Of a stretch of 64,000 nt of DNA, positions 1 through 10,878 are shown piece after piece (positions within the stretch are counted from its first letter, which is position 1; each line of letters begins with the position of its first letter). This stretch comes from an uncultured bacterium (GTDB taxonomy: Bacteria > CSSED10-310 > CAZUFC01), in the NCBI GenBank assembly GCA_964619725.1, contig CAZUFC010000016.1, positions 1 through 64,000 of the forward strand, given 5' to 3'. The notes beneath the pieces were generated by a model. The model saw only the letters and a program-made list of their open reading frames with translations, ran no database searches and was not told the origin of the DNA. A program made the translations under genes and the position numbers.

Positions 1-229
1 GTTTTTTTTGTCAAACATTTCACAATTTTTTATTAGCGAATGTCAGGAGATGTGAACCTCAATAGTCGTATTTTTGATCAATGCCAAAAAAACTTCACCA
101 TCACCATCGGGGCTTTGAGAGCTTATGTTTGCCTTTTAAGCTTTACTCTGCTCAAGCAGGCTGGAAGACCCGCCTGGGGGCTAAAAAGCGCAGCGTTTCA
201 AGCCAAACCAGGCCATATTTTACTCGATA

Positions 230-282
230 GTGGCTGTCCAGCATTAAATTTTGAATCGTGAATCGATTTTATGGACAAGAGC
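230..282. mobile_element. Short MITE-like module (module B of the 200-bp element at 10562 and 32694)
   Basis: GTGGCTGTCCAGCATTAAATTTTGAATCG...TGGACA is near-identical to 10709-10761 and 32841-32893. It is flanked by a perfect 6-bp direct repeat TCGATA (224-229, 283-288). Confidence 0.7.
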
Positions 283-341
283 TCGATAGGTAAATCTCCC
301 GGGTAAAGTAAAGAAAAAAGACTCGTTGAAATCCTGCCGCT

Positions 342-2171
342 TTACTCACTATTCAATAAATCCGAATTAAAAAGGTCCGCAAAAACGACCTTATCGACCA
401 GTCCGATTTTTTTATCTTTTTCCAACTTGACATAGACCATTCCGGAATCCTCATCCTCGTCGCCTATCAACAGAACTTTCGGGTCCTGATCCTCTAATTC
501 GATTTCCGCTCTTATCCGCGGCGACTCCAGGCCGAAATCATCGGCACCTTCCGGGGCTTCATCAATTATTTCCTTGTATTGAACGGAATCAAAAGCCCAA
601 ATTAAATCGTCGATTTGTTCCTTTGACAATTCATCGCCTTCCAGAGTCCGGCCTTTGAATTTTCGGCCGTCGCCTTCAACCATTAATTGTTTTTCAGGCG
701 ATTCGACAAAAACCCGTAATTCGCGCAAATCCATCCGTGAATATTCAACCGCGGTCTTGTTCCTTAGATCAAAGACGGTTTTGTCCAGGTCATTCTTCGT
801 CTCTTCGCTTATTTCATATACTGTCTCCGACAGGGACGTTACAGCATAGAATTTATCCTCTGCATCCGGACCTTTGCCTATTTTCAGAACAGTCGGTTCC
901 GATTCTTCCGCAGACATCCACAACCTGACGGTAATCAAAGGAGCATCAAGTCCGTAATCCTCCAGCGACTTCGGTTCATCAATAAAAGATTCCGCTTCCA
1001 ATTCCTCCAAATCCCAAAGCCACGAATTAATCGTACCGGCATCAGCGTCCGTCTGAAAGGGTTTCAACATATACCACTGATCCTGTTCTTTTCTTTCTAT
1101 CAGTATATCCTCTTTTTGTCTCGGTTTCCTCAATTCGATCCTTGCAATGGAATTACGATCAAAATGCAGGATCGACTTATTCCTCAATTCATCGAAATTT
1201 TTATCCAGATTATCCAGCAGATTCGTACCGAGCAGAATAACGTTCTCCCGCCCTTCGAGCCTGGCATAAATTCCATCGGCTCTCGGTTTCTCTTCCGTCT
1301 CATCACTGGATTCTTCCGGAAAACGTTCATCGCCAAACACCAGAGTTTCACCGGATAGGCCCTCCGCCTCCTTTGAAATCGCGCGAACCTTCAATACCGG
1401 TTCCTGGAATCCATACATATCCGGATTCTCAATCTCCTCCGCAATAAATTCCTTCACCTCTGCATTATCAAGCTCGATTAACCATTCCTCTATCGCTTGA
1501 CTATCCGCTCTTACCGTCTCCACATTCTCGTTCTTTCCCGGCTTCAGGAGCATCCATTCCCCCGATCTCTTTTCCGCTCTGATCGTTTGTTCTTTTCCGA
1601 CGATTTCAATCGAAACCGTATTCTCCATATCAACGTCCATAACGCTTTTATCCCTGAGATCGTACAACGACTGATCAAGCCTTGAACGGATGATCGTATC
1701 GACCAGCAACAATTCGTCGCTCTCCGACAACCCGGCGTAATTGCTCATGCCCGACGGATTTCTATTGCCAAGACTCAGCACAGGCAATTCGCCTTCGTCT
1801 TTCGTTTTAATCCTGACCTGCAGGAAAGGGTCGTTCAATCCGTATGCAGCCAGGTCTTCACCTGCATCGAGTTTCTTATCTATCAGCGGATCGGTCAGAC
1901 TTTTTGAAATGTCCCGGATTAAAGATTGATCGCAACGGGCCTGAACCGGCCGGACCAACCTCCATTCGCCCTCCGTCCTTTCTATAACTATCTCCTCTTC
2001 TCCCTTTTTCATCAGAGTAATCGACTTCAGCTCATCCTCGTTCACAGTGTAAATCTGCTTTGATTCCAATTCGCGATCCTCTTTTTTTCGCATCATCTGT
2101 TTATCGAAGTAAAGGAATCCAACCAGGATCAAAAATATAACGATCAAAACAATTGTCGTTCTGAAACTCAT
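342..2171 (-). CDS. DUF4340-domain membrane-anchored protein (repeated DUF4340-like units)
   Basis: N-terminal TM anchor; repeated 'YGLxxP...L.(I/L)G' units; last gene of the GldA/F/G-like ABC operon, where this family is typically found. Confidence 0.75.
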   Translation of the reverse strand: MSFRTTIVLIVIFLILVGFLYFDKQMMRKKEDRELESKQIYTVNEDELKSITLMKKGEEEIVIERTEGEWRLVRPVQARCDQSLIRDISKSLTDPLIDKKLDAGEDLAAYGLNDPFLQVRIKTKDEGELPVLSLGNRNPSGMSNYAGLSESDELLLVDTIIRSRLDQSLYDLRDKSVMDVDMENTVSIEIVGKEQTIRAEKRSGEWMLLKPGKNENVETVRADSQAIEEWLIELDNAEVKEFIAEEIENPDMYGFQEPVLKVRAISKEAEGLSGETLVFGDERFPEESSDETEEKPRADGIYARLEGRENVILLGTNLLDNLDKNFDELRNKSILHFDRNSIARIELRKPRQKEDILIERKEQDQWYMLKPFQTDADAGTINSWLWDLEELEAESFIDEPKSLEDYGLDAPLITVRLWMSAEESEPTVLKIGKGPDAEDKFYAVTSLSETVYEISEETKNDLDKTVFDLRNKTAVEYSRMDLRELRVFVESPEKQLMVEGDGRKFKGRTLEGDELSKEQIDDLIWAFDSVQYKEIIDEAPEGADDFGLESPRIRAEIELEDQDPKVLLIGDEDEDSGMVYVKLEKDKKIGLVDKVVFADLFNSDLLNSE

Positions 2172-3775
2172 TTTGAGCGTCTCCTTTGAGTGATGACCAT
2201 AATTCCGATTCCAATAATCATAAAGGGTATCAGAACCACTGGAACCCAGAAGCTGATTTGAGCCTGGAAAGCAGACAGGAAAATGGGTTCGGCTTCTTCC
2301 TGGTCAGCGCGAACGGAGATGAGTTCTTCCTGTTCAGCGAGCCAGGCGACGCTGTTCAAGAACAGGTCTTTGTTGCCCGGCAGATAAAGATAATTGTTTG
2401 AGGCGAAATCCGCATCGCCGATGACTACCAGTCTGGCCTCTTCCGGCTGCTCATCAGCCGACTCCTCTTCCGCGGCTTCCTCATCCTGTTCTTCAGCATC
2501 CGTTTCCTCCTCTTCGTTCAGATCAAATTTCGTCAATGCGATAGTCACTGCTGCAGCAATCGGTATGGGGCCATCCATATCCTCCCCCTCATTGAATTCG
2601 ACAGCCTGCTCTTTTTCAATCTTATCCAGGTTCGTTTCCGCCCAACTGTCCTGACTGGTGTGCAGCAAAGCTGTGACCTGAATGCGGTCTGAAATGTCTT
2701 CAGCTTTGGCTACCGAGCGGCACATGGCGAAAACCGGCGTGAATCTGTAATTTTCAAAAATCGGATGAACCGCGATTGATTCAACCACAGGAACGAAAGC
2801 ATCTCCCCCGAATAACTGGGAAAGCGGTTCTATTATCACATCCTTTTGAAATTCAAGCCCGTAATTCCCTAAAAATGTTGAAACTTCCTCCGGGCCCTTG
2901 TAATCATGCATGACCATCAGCCGGCCCCCGCGATTGACGTAATCAATCAAAAATGCAGCCTCCTCCGGATAAAATGCCGCTTCAGGACCCGGAACGACCA
3001 AAACGGAACAGTCTTCCGGCACGCCGTTCGTCAGACTCAAAGCTATCTCTTCCACCTCGTAATTGTCCTTCAACAGCGCATTTTCTACTCCGCTGTAACC
3101 CCGGTTTCCCGTCTCCGTTATCGAACGCTCATTATGACCTTTCAGAAAGTATATTTTCTTCTTGGTATCTTTCGTCACTTCCAGAATAGCGCTGGTGACT
3201 TGGTTTTCCGATGCCGAGCTTACTTTTTTATAATTCACTCCCGATTCTATCACGGTCGTTCCATGCGTATCGACTCCGTAATGCTGAGCCAGTTGAGGCT
3301 TCAAGTCGCCGTCGACAAACTCGTAATCGAATTTGTCTGAATGATACTTGTATAAAGCCAGCAAATCCTTTAATTCAAAGTAATTCGCCTGCCCTTCCAC
3401 CGTAAAGGCAATCGCTTTAACCTCCCTGTCGAGGTTTTCCAGGATTTTTACGGTTTGCGGAGAAAGGGTAAAACTGCCGTGTTTCGTCAGATCGAACATC
3501 TTATCGTGACGATTCGCCAAAACCTGAACCACAATGATGATCGCCGTAAAAACCAGTATCATCACCGTGACGTTGGCGCCGTACCTGGCGGTTCGTCGTG
3601 AAAAAATACGCGCCAGGTGTTCTCGATTGAAAAAGGCAAACAGAATCCAGAGTATTATTCCAAGTCCGATCATCCCGTATCCGTAGAGTATATGTTGCTT
3701 ATAGGCTATAAAAATAATGCCTGCCGCTAATGCCGCCGTACCTATCAGAGCTCCTATTCGAGTCGTTTTTTCCAT
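2168..3775 (-). CDS. GldG-like ABC transporter auxiliary component
   Basis: 'DLTKHGSFTLSPQT', 'YFLKGHNE', 'RLVVIGDADFASN', 'NKDLFLNSVAWL' motifs; TM helices at both ends. Start set at the second Met (3775) to avoid overlap with the permease gene. Confidence 0.8.
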   Translation of the reverse strand: MEKTTRIGALIGTAALAAGIIFIAYKQHILYGYGMIGLGIILWILFAFFNREHLARIFSRRTARYGANVTVMILVFTAIIIVVQVLANRHDKMFDLTKHGSFTLSPQTVKILENLDREVKAIAFTVEGQANYFELKDLLALYKYHSDKFDYEFVDGDLKPQLAQHYGVDTHGTTVIESGVNYKKVSSASENQVTSAILEVTKDTKKKIYFLKGHNERSITETGNRGYSGVENALLKDNYEVEEIALSLTNGVPEDCSVLVVPGPEAAFYPEEAAFLIDYVNRGGRLMVMHDYKGPEEVSTFLGNYGLEFQKDVIIEPLSQLFGGDAFVPVVESIAVHPIFENYRFTPVFAMCRSVAKAEDISDRIQVTALLHTSQDSWAETNLDKIEKEQAVEFNEGEDMDGPIPIAAAVTIALTKFDLNEEEETDAEEQDEEAAEEESADEQPEEARLVVIGDADFASNNYLYLPGNKDLFLNSVAWLAEQEELISVRADQEEAEPIFLSAFQAQISFWVPVVLIPFMIIGIGIMVITQRRRSK

Positions 3776-3777
3776 TT

Positions 3778-4548
3778 CTATGCCCTCCATTTTTTCGATT
3801 CCAGCGCTCTCAGCGTCAAAAAGAGAAAAAATACCGTAAAGTTCAGGTAATAAACGATGTCCTTAATGTGCACGACTCCTTTTGAAAAATTCTCGAAATG
3901 TCCCAGGATGCTCAATTCACTCAGTATCCTCGATAATCCCGGCTCCGCCGACTCTCCAGCCCATCCGACAATCCATAAAAACAGGAGCGCTCCGAAAGTT
4001 ATGACCGCTGCCACGATCTGATTCTCGGTCATGGCTGATATGAATATTCCCAACGCCAGAAAAGCTCCTCCCATCAAGGCCATACCCAGATATCCGCTTA
4101 TAACCGCACCGGTATTGGGCGATCCAAATATCGTGACTATTACGGGATACGCCAGAGTCAATCCCAGCATCATCAAAAAGATACTTAAAGCCGCCGCATA
4201 CTTGCCAAGAACTACCTCATAATCTCTAATCGGAAATGTCGCCAGTAACTCGAACGTCCCCGATCTTTTTTCCTCAGAAAAATTCCTCATGGAAATCAAA
4301 GGCATGACAAGCAGCATGATCACGGACATGTTTCCGAAAAGCGGCATTAAAATGCCGTCTCTTATGTTCAGGTCCGATGCTCCATAAGGACTGTTCATCA
4401 TGTCCATGGAAAACTGAGAATAAAAAATGAATATATTGTAAAAGAGAAATCCTGAAACGAGCAGGAAAATAGTGAAAACCACGTAAGCGATGGGCGAATA
4501 AAAATAGGTCAGCAGTTCCTTTTTATAAACCGGCCAGGCTCTCTTCAT
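3778..4548 (-). CDS. ABC transporter permease (GldF-like)
   Basis: Six hydrophobic segments; 'KKELLTYFYSPIAY' and 'SEEKRSGTFELLAT.P' motifs. Confidence 0.85.
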   Translation of the reverse strand: MKRAWPVYKKELLTYFYSPIAYVVFTIFLLVSGFLFYNIFIFYSQFSMDMMNSPYGASDLNIRDGILMPLFGNMSVIMLLVMPLISMRNFSEEKRSGTFELLATFPIRDYEVVLGKYAAALSIFLMMLGLTLAYPVIVTIFGSPNTGAVISGYLGMALMGGAFLALGIFISAMTENQIVAAVITFGALLFLWIVGWAGESAEPGLSRILSELSILGHFENFSKGVVHIKDIVYYLNFTVFFLFLTLRALESKKWRA

Positions 4549-5489
4549 TCCGCCACCTCCTCTTCAGAAGTAACCAGTTCAACGAAAACGTCCTCCAGAC
4601 TCATTTTATCCATCTGGATTTCAAGAAGTCCCAGGTTCTTCATAACCACGGCTTTGGAAAGCTCCTTCCTTATATCCCTGTCCTTGTGAGCTTCCACGAT
4701 GACCCGGTAATGAGATTGATCGCCGTCTTCTTTTTCCAGCTCGATCCCGTATCTCGTAATCTCGTCGAAACGCTCAAAAAGCTCATGAATATCCTGTTCT
4801 TTGCCTTCTATAAGCAAAAACAACCTGTTCGTCCTCTGCATTCGACGCTGAAGGTTTTCCGGCGTGTCCTCAGCAATCATTCTTCCTTCGTTTATTATCA
4901 TGACTCGTTCACAGATCATACTCACCTCCGGCAGTATATGCGAACTGAGTATGACCGTTCGTTCCTGCCCCAGGGCTTTAATCAGCCGTCTGATTTCAAC
5001 TATTTGTTTGGGATCGAGTCCTATCGTCGGTTCATCCAGCACCAGAACTTCCGGGTCGCCGATGAGGGCTTGAGCGAGCCCCACCCGCTGCCTGTAACCT
5101 CTGGAGAGTTTTCCGATTATTTTGTCTTTAGCCGGAACAAGTCCGCATTGTTCCATCGCTTCTTCCGGACCACCGGCTCCGTTTTTGACCTGAGAAACGA
5201 AATTGAGATATTCGTTTACCGTTAAATCTTTATATAACGGCACGGACTCAGGCAGATAACCTATTTTTTCTCTGGCTTTCAAGGATTCCTTCATGATGTC
5301 CATTCCCAGGATGTTGACGCTGCCGCTCGTCGGCGGCATAAAACCCGTTAAAATGCGCATCGCCGTAGTCTTTCCTGCGCCGTTTGGACCCAGGAATCCA
5401 AGAATCTCTCCTTTTTCCACCCGGAAAGACACATCGTCCAGGGCCTGAAAGGACCCGTAAAACTTGTTTAAATGTGAAACTTCAATCAT
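4545..5489 (-). CDS. ABC transporter ATP-binding protein (GldA-like)
   Basis: Walker A GPNGAGKTT, signature LSRGYRQ, Walker B LVLDEPT, H-loop SSH. Confidence 0.92.
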   Translation of the reverse strand: MIEVSHLNKFYGSFQALDDVSFRVEKGEILGFLGPNGAGKTTAMRILTGFMPPTSGSVNILGMDIMKESLKAREKIGYLPESVPLYKDLTVNEYLNFVSQVKNGAGGPEEAMEQCGLVPAKDKIIGKLSRGYRQRVGLAQALIGDPEVLVLDEPTIGLDPKQIVEIRRLIKALGQERTVILSSHILPEVSMICERVMIINEGRMIAEDTPENLQRRMQRTNRLFLLIEGKEQDIHELFERFDEITRYGIELEKEDGDQSHYRVIVEAHKDRDIRKELSKAVVMKNLGLLEIQMDKMSLEDVFVELVTSEEEVAE

Positions 5490-5720
5490 GCCGTTCTCCT
5501 TCTTTCAAGACTACGCTTTCTTCATTTCATTGTTTATCCTTCTATTTTGTCAATTCCCGCCTGTTTTAAATTCGTCGCTTGCATTTCTATTCCGATTCGC
5601 TGCATCATAACCGACTGCCCTGATAAGTCAACCGCCGCCGTAAAAAAACTGGATTCCTTAGCTTAATTCTGAACCTTTCCGCAAAGCGGACTGATTAATC
5701 TCCTCACAGCTAGAATTAAT

Positions 5721-5770
5721 ACGCCAAAAGCCTCTCCCCGGCCGACGACCGGGAAAGAAGCCTTTGGTGT
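5721..5770 (-). terminator. Probable intrinsic terminator after degQ
   Basis: Minus strand reads ACACCAAAGGCTTCTTTCCCGG-TCGTCGG-CCGGGGAGAGGCTTTTGGCGT, a long imperfect stem with G-U pairs, about 45 nt after the stop codon. Confidence 0.5.
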
Positions 5771-5816
5771 TTCAGCTTATTTACTTTCGGTCAAATCCGG
5801 TTCAGCCTACCGAACA

Positions 5817-7295
5817 TTATTCATCGGATTCAGCACGAAGCGCTACATATAATCCCGCTGTCCCTCGCCGGATGTAAAGAACGACCGAATCGCCCGCTTC
5901 AATATCTCTCAAAGAGTTCCTGTAATCACTCATGGATTCGACACGTTCACGATTGATTTCCAGTATTACGTCGCCTCTCTGTATGCCGGCTTCATCAGCC
6001 GGTCCGCCCGGTTTGACTTCAGAAACCAGAACGCCTTCGTCTTCCGTAAGATTGAAATAATTTTTCAGTTCGGGCGTTATAGGCTGAACAGTCATTCCAA
6101 GCCTGACTTCCTCTTTGGTTACTGCCTTGCCTGTGCCGTCCTCAATCCTCTGCCCCAGTTCCGCTTTAATCGTTTTCTCCTTGCCTTCTCGTATGATATC
6201 AATTTTGATCTCCGTTTCGGGCGGTATATTCGCGACGATCCAGGACAGGTCGCGCGCGTCTTCGACTTTTTCACCTTCTACTTCGATGATCAGGTCGCCC
6301 TTTTCAAGTCCGGCTTTTTCCGCCGGACTGTCCGGCTCCACATCAGAAATCAGCGCTCCGTAAGAAACGTCGAAATCCATACTCTTCGCCAAATCCTCCG
6401 TCATATCCTGAATATAAACGCCTAACCAGCCTCTAACAACCTCGCCCGTCGACTTCAACTGATCGATTATTCCCTTGGCCATGTTTATCGGAATGGCGAA
6501 GCCTATGCCTGCAGACTGAGCTATTCCTCCGCTGGCTATGGCCGTGTTTATGCCGACAACCTCGCCGTAAATGTTGAATAACGGACCGCCGCTGTTGCCG
6601 GGATTGATCGATGCATCCGTCTGAATGAAATCCGCATACCGGGACAATTGTCCCAATACTCTTCCCTTTGCGCTCACTACGCCGACCGTGATCGTGTGCC
6701 CGTACCCGAAGGGATTCCCTATCGCCATCACCCAGTCGCCGACCTGTAATTTATCCGAATTGCCCAGTTCCGCAACCTTGAAATCGCTCAGCTTCTCCGA
6801 TGCCTTGATTAAAGCCAAATCCGTCATTGAATCAGCCCCGATGATCTCCGCCTTATACTCCTTCTCATTGTGAAGCGTTATCGTAATCTCGTCCACGCCC
6901 TCAATCACATGATTGTTCGTTAATATATATCCGTCCTCATTGATGATTACGCCCGATCCTAAACTCTGACTCTTAAATTCCCGCTCCTGGTTCGGCGCAG
7001 GACCGAAGAATCTCCTGAAAAAATCATCCTGAAAAAAATCCTCAAAAGGATTCATACCCCGGCTCGTTATTATCTTCGTCGTCTGGATGTTCACAACAGT
7101 CGGGTTCTCCTGCTCAGCTATCTTACGAAATGTATCGAATGTAAACGGGCTGCTCGCACGGTCTCTCTTCGTTCCCTCATCTTCATCCTCTCCGAACCAG
7201 CTCCGGCCCGTCGCCGTGCCTATTCCTGCAACGGACAAAGAAATTAAAACCAGAACAACAAACGTAAAGCCAAATAATTTTTTCCTCTTTTTCAT
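5817..7295 (-). CDS. degQ: HtrA/DegP/DegQ-family periplasmic serine protease with two PDZ domains
   Basis: Signal peptide; TNNHV (His), DLAL (Asp), GNSGGPL (Ser); two PDZ domains ('SPAEKAGL', 'GPADEAGI'). Confidence 0.92.
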   Translation of the reverse strand: MKKRKKLFGFTFVVLVLISLSVAGIGTATGRSWFGEDEDEGTKRDRASSPFTFDTFRKIAEQENPTVVNIQTTKIITSRGMNPFEDFFQDDFFRRFFGPAPNQEREFKSQSLGSGVIINEDGYILTNNHVIEGVDEITITLHNEKEYKAEIIGADSMTDLALIKASEKLSDFKVAELGNSDKLQVGDWVMAIGNPFGYGHTITVGVVSAKGRVLGQLSRYADFIQTDASINPGNSGGPLFNIYGEVVGINTAIASGGIAQSAGIGFAIPINMAKGIIDQLKSTGEVVRGWLGVYIQDMTEDLAKSMDFDVSYGALISDVEPDSPAEKAGLEKGDLIIEVEGEKVEDARDLSWIVANIPPETEIKIDIIREGKEKTIKAELGQRIEDGTGKAVTKEEVRLGMTVQPITPELKNYFNLTEDEGVLVSEVKPGGPADEAGIQRGDVILEINRERVESMSDYRNSLRDIEAGDSVVLYIRRGTAGLYVALRAESDE

Positions 7296-7396
7296 CCAAA
7301 ACCTCCTTCAGTTTTGTTCTTTTTCATTTAAAACAATAAAAAGAAAATCGTTAACAGCGGATTCCCAAAACGAAAAGTGAATCCCTGTCATGAATA

Positions 7397-7412
7397 AGCA
7401 AATTGCATACCG
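7397..7412 (-). promoter_or_regulatory. Sigma54 -24/-12 promoter of degQ
   Basis: Minus strand CGGTATGCAATTTGCT = GG-N10-GC, close to the consensus TGGCACG-N4-TTGC; about 100 nt upstream of the ATG. Confidence 0.65.
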
Positions 7413-7490
7413 GTTTCAAAAAAACAGGATAAACTCCCTGATTTCCCTCCATTACTCTTCAATATTCGCATTCCGCATGCCCGAATGAAC

Positions 7491-7546
7491 GCGTCAGGTT
7501 GACGCACTCCCCCTTTCCCGTTGTTCTCGCTGCGTCATATTGACCG
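7491..7546. promoter_or_regulatory. Paired palindromic enhancer-like sites (GCGTCA-N3-TGACGC)
   Basis: GCGTCAGGTTGACGC (7491-7505) and GCGTCATATTGACCG (7532-7546), 41 bp apart. The same motif and spacing recur at 41907 and 41948. Confidence 0.65.
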
Positions 7547-7675
7547 GTTCTTCCCATTGTAAATCTCTCTTGACCTTTATTTTATTTCAATGCTAGATTG
7601 AGTCGTGGGAATGTTTAGACTGCGTGAGCGATTTTCATTTCACATCAATGTACCGATCTGGTTTTGGAGGCTTGA

Positions 7676-8602
7676 ATGAAAGTACTGGTAACGGGAGGAG
7701 CAGGATTCATAGGTTCGCATTTGTGCGAAAAATTGCTGAATCAGAAGAATGACGTCATTTGCGTCGACAATTTTATAACAGGAAGTAAAAAGAACATCGA
7801 AACAATTCGTGACCGCACCGGATTCCGACTTATCGAACATGACATATGCCGACCCCTGAAAATTGAAACTCCGGTGGATTTCATATTCCAACTGGCCAGT
7901 CCAGCCAGTCCTATAGACTATCTGGAACTACCGCTGGAAACCTTGAAAGTCGGAGCTTTCGGCACATATAACATGCTGGAGCTCGCCCGTGAAAAAAATG
8001 CAGGAATACTGCTCGCTTCCACTTCCGAAGTATACGGCGACCCGCTGGAGCACCCCCAGAATGAGAAATACTGGGGTAACGTCAATCCTATCGGTCCCCG
8101 GTCAGTCTATGACGAGGCGAAACGGTATGCAGAGGCGATGACGGCGGCTTATCGACGTAAATTTAAGCTGAACACGCGAATTATCCGGATTTTCAATACT
8201 TATGGGCCTCGAATGAGGATAAACGACGGACGGGTCGTTCCGACTTTCATCAATCAGGCCCTGCACGGAGAACCTTTAACCATATTCGGCGACGGAACTC
8301 AGACGCGTAGTTTCTGCTTCGTCAACGATCTCGTTGAGGGCATTCTTAAAATGGCGGCATCAAATTTCCCGGGTCCCGTTAATCTGGGGAATCCTACCGA
8401 ACTCTCTATCCTGGAATTTGCCGAACGCATTAATAAACTGACGGGCAAACATTCGGAATTGGTCTTCAAAGAATTGCCTCAGAATGACCCGAAAGTCAGA
8501 CGCCCGGATATTTCCCTGGCAAAAGAAAAATTGCTCTGGGAACCCATAGTGCCCCTGAATGAAGGTTTGAAGCAAACGATAGAATATTTCCAGAATAATT
8601 AG
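7676..8602 (+). CDS. UDP-glucuronate decarboxylase (extended SDR, UXS family)
   Basis: [55 protein letters not shown] motifs. Confidence 0.9.
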   Translation: MKVLVTGGAGFIGSHLCEKLLNQKNDVICVDNFITGSKKNIETIRDRTGFRLIEHDICRPLKIETPVDFIFQLASPASPIDYLELPLETLKVGAFGTYNMLELAREKNAGILLASTSEVYGDPLEHPQNEKYWGNVNPIGPRSVYDEAKRYAEAMTAAYRRKFKLNTRIIRIFNTYGPRMRINDGRVVPTFINQALHGEPLTIFGDGTQTRSFCFVNDLVEGILKMAASNFPGPVNLGNPTELSILEFAERINKLTGKHSELVFKELPQNDPKVRRPDISLAKEKLLWEPIVPLNEGLKQTIEYFQNN

Positions 8603-8819
8603 AAAACTTTCGAAAAATTTGTATCCTTCCGCTCATCAGCAACTGCACGCCCAGCATGCTGAGTTCAAAATCAGTTTGCCGACAGGAGCTCGTTGATCGG
8701 AAAATTATTCTCCGCAGATTTTGCGTTTGCCTGAACATATTGTCATTTACGCGATTTTTTTATACTATTACAAAGATGATTCGAAATTTTCCGAAAATTT
8801 CTTTAGAGGAGGAATAATC

Positions 8820-9473
8820 ATGAAAGATGTTTTTTTCAAATATTGCGTGGTTGCGTTGTTGATAATCTCGGCGGGTTTGACGGGCTGCGGTCAGGAACAG
8901 GAAGAAATCACGGTGTTGCAGGAAGCGGAAGCTCCGCAATCTGATGCCGTACTTCATATGTTACGCGTCAACGGCAATCTGTTGAAAGAGCCTTTGACCA
9001 AACCGGGAGAAAAACCTCAGGTCATTATGATGGTTTCTCAGGGAGATCAGGTTACGGTATTGGAGAAGTACAACGAGTGGTCCAAAGTTCAGCATCATCA
9101 GAGCGGCAGGATCGGATGGATTAACAACGACTTCATCCAGATTGAATCCAGGAGTCGATGGTGGTCCGGAGATACGGAGAAGGCCCGAGCCGAAGCGAGG
9201 AAAATTTACAAAGATAAAAGTTTTCTGAAGCATAATTATCCCATCACTCACGTCAATATTGAGGAACGCTTCAACCGGATGGTATTCAGCGTGGATGAAG
9301 ACAGCACGTTTCTCCGGGATGAAGCTGAAGAGTGCGTTTCTTCCTGGATAGGTTACTTGCAGAAGAAATTTCCGCACTGGAGCAGCCATCAGATATTTTT
9401 AAACGCCAGGGACAAAAACGGCCAGGAATATACGGTCATAATCGGCGATGACGGCGAGCCGGAATTTCTTTGA
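8820..9473 (+). CDS. Lipoprotein with bacterial SH3-like domain
   Basis: GAGGAGG RBS before ATG 8820; lipobox LTGC; 'GDQVTVLEKYNEWSKV...GWINNDFI' SH3b-like pattern. Confidence 0.7.
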   Translation: MKDVFFKYCVVALLIISAGLTGCGQEQEEITVLQEAEAPQSDAVLHMLRVNGNLLKEPLTKPGEKPQVIMMVSQGDQVTVLEKYNEWSKVQHHQSGRIGWINNDFIQIESRSRWWSGDTEKARAEARKIYKDKSFLKHNYPITHVNIEERFNRMVFSVDEDSTFLRDEAEECVSSWIGYLQKKFPHWSSHQIFLNARDKNGQEYTVIIGDDGEPEFL

Positions 9474-10457
9474 TTGATGAAGTCAGGAGACATCACTGAC
9501 ATTGCGGGGATAAAAGTCGGTCATGCTGATAATCGATCTGCAGGAACGGGCTGCACGATTTTCGTATTCCAGGAGGCGGCGACGGCTGCCGTAGACGTGC
9601 GAGGGTCTGCGTCAGGAAGCCGGAGTCTGGACAGCTTGAAACCGGGACATGTGGTTACGGGAATTCACGGGTTGATGTTTTGCGGAGGAAGCGCTTTCGG
9701 CCTGGCAGCCGTTTCAGGCGCGGTAAAAGCCCTGGAAGAACGAAACATAGGGCATAAAATAAACTCTGTTTGCATACCCATCATACCTGCAGCAGTAATT
9801 TTCGATCTTAATGTCGGCGATCCCCGGATAAGACCCGATGAAAATATGGGAAAAGAAGCCTGCGAAGATGCCTGGTCTTCTGAAACGAAATGGGGCTGCG
9901 TGGGCGTTGGAACAGGAGCCGCAGCGGGAAAACTCAAAGGAATTAAACGGGCTGTAAAAACAGGAATTGGTTCAGCGCTTATCGAAAAACAAAACGGGCT
10001 TAAAATCGGAGCTGCAGCAGCAGTGAACTCTTTCGGGTCCGTTATCGATCCTGCAGACGGCAAAGTCATCGCCGGCGTCAGAGCTGAAGAACCGGGGAAG
10101 TATGTCGATCCTTTCGACTGGTTCGCCAATTATCATGAATATAAACGCCCCGGAATGGCTACGAATACGACTTTGGCCTTGACCGCAACCAATGCCGCCA
10201 TGACAAAAACAGAAGCTCTTAAAGTGGCTCAAAACGCTCAGATAGCGCTGACCCGGTGCATCCAACCCGTGCACACCCTCTACGACGGCGATATGACTTT
10301 CGCCGTTTCCGTCGGCCATCGGAAACACGACCTGGATGAAATCGCTCAAGGAGCAATTTTAGCCGTCATGCAAGCTATTAAAAACGCTGTCCTCTCTGCG
10401 TCGTCGATGCTCGGCCTGCCCTCCGCAGCAGACTGGAATAAAACGCTAAGAGTATAA
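9474..10457 (+). CDS. P1/S58 family peptidase (DmpA-like, autoproteolytic)
   Basis: 'ITDIAGIKVGH', 'AVDVRG', 'GGSAFGL', 'GVGTGA', 'NTT', 'PVHTLYDGD' motifs. Confidence 0.88.
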   Translation: MMKSGDITDIAGIKVGHADNRSAGTGCTIFVFQEAATAAVDVRGSASGSRSLDSLKPGHVVTGIHGLMFCGGSAFGLAAVSGAVKALEERNIGHKINSVCIPIIPAAVIFDLNVGDPRIRPDENMGKEACEDAWSSETKWGCVGVGTGAAAGKLKGIKRAVKTGIGSALIEKQNGLKIGAAAAVNSFGSVIDPADGKVIAGVRAEEPGKYVDPFDWFANYHEYKRPGMATNTTLALTATNAAMTKTEALKVAQNAQIALTRCIQPVHTLYDGDMTFAVSVGHRKHDLDEIAQGAILAVMQAIKNAVLSASSMLGLPSAADWNKTLRV

Positions 10458-10561
10458 CTTCATCTTAAATTCTCCCTTCCTGTCGTATCCGTCCGCTTCG
10501 CCGGATGCCTGCATAGACCCTGCACCTGACCCTTCCCATTGATGACGTACCTTCTCATCTA

Positions 10562-10761
10562 GTTTTTGTCCATAAACGGCGAATTTTTCCCAATACTGCG
10601 TCAGTCTTCGGATTTGCTCAGTCAAAGTATAAGCGCCGCCCCTGCCTCGCAAATCATTACCATCCTTGTCTTAAGAAAAATTCGCTCGTTTATGGATCAA
10701 AAACCGCAGTGACTGTCCAGCATTAAATTTTGAATCGAGAATCGAGTTAGTGGACAGTCAC
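10562..10761. mobile_element. 200-bp composite MITE-like element, copy 1
   Basis: Ends GTTTTTGTCCA...TGGACAGTCAC. Internal inverted repeats split it into module A (10562-10704) and module B (10709-10761). Flanks CATCTA/TATCTA (5/6 match). Colinear with 32694-32893. Confidence 0.75.
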
Positions 10762-10878
10762 TATCTAATCCCCTGTTGAAAGCTTGCGGGCGAGTCCCTC
10801 TTTACTTTACAAGTAATAAGTTGACCGCTGACGATATTAGGTTTAATATGGTGAGGAAAGGAATGCGAGGCGCTTCCT

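Noticed and set aside
40-261. 73-aa ORF at the window start
   Set aside because: No recognisable motif or RBS, and it ends inside the MITE module; probably not coding.
10446-10652. 68-aa minus-strand ORF
   Set aside because: It begins inside the 200-bp MITE and overlaps the peptidase stop; likely spurious.
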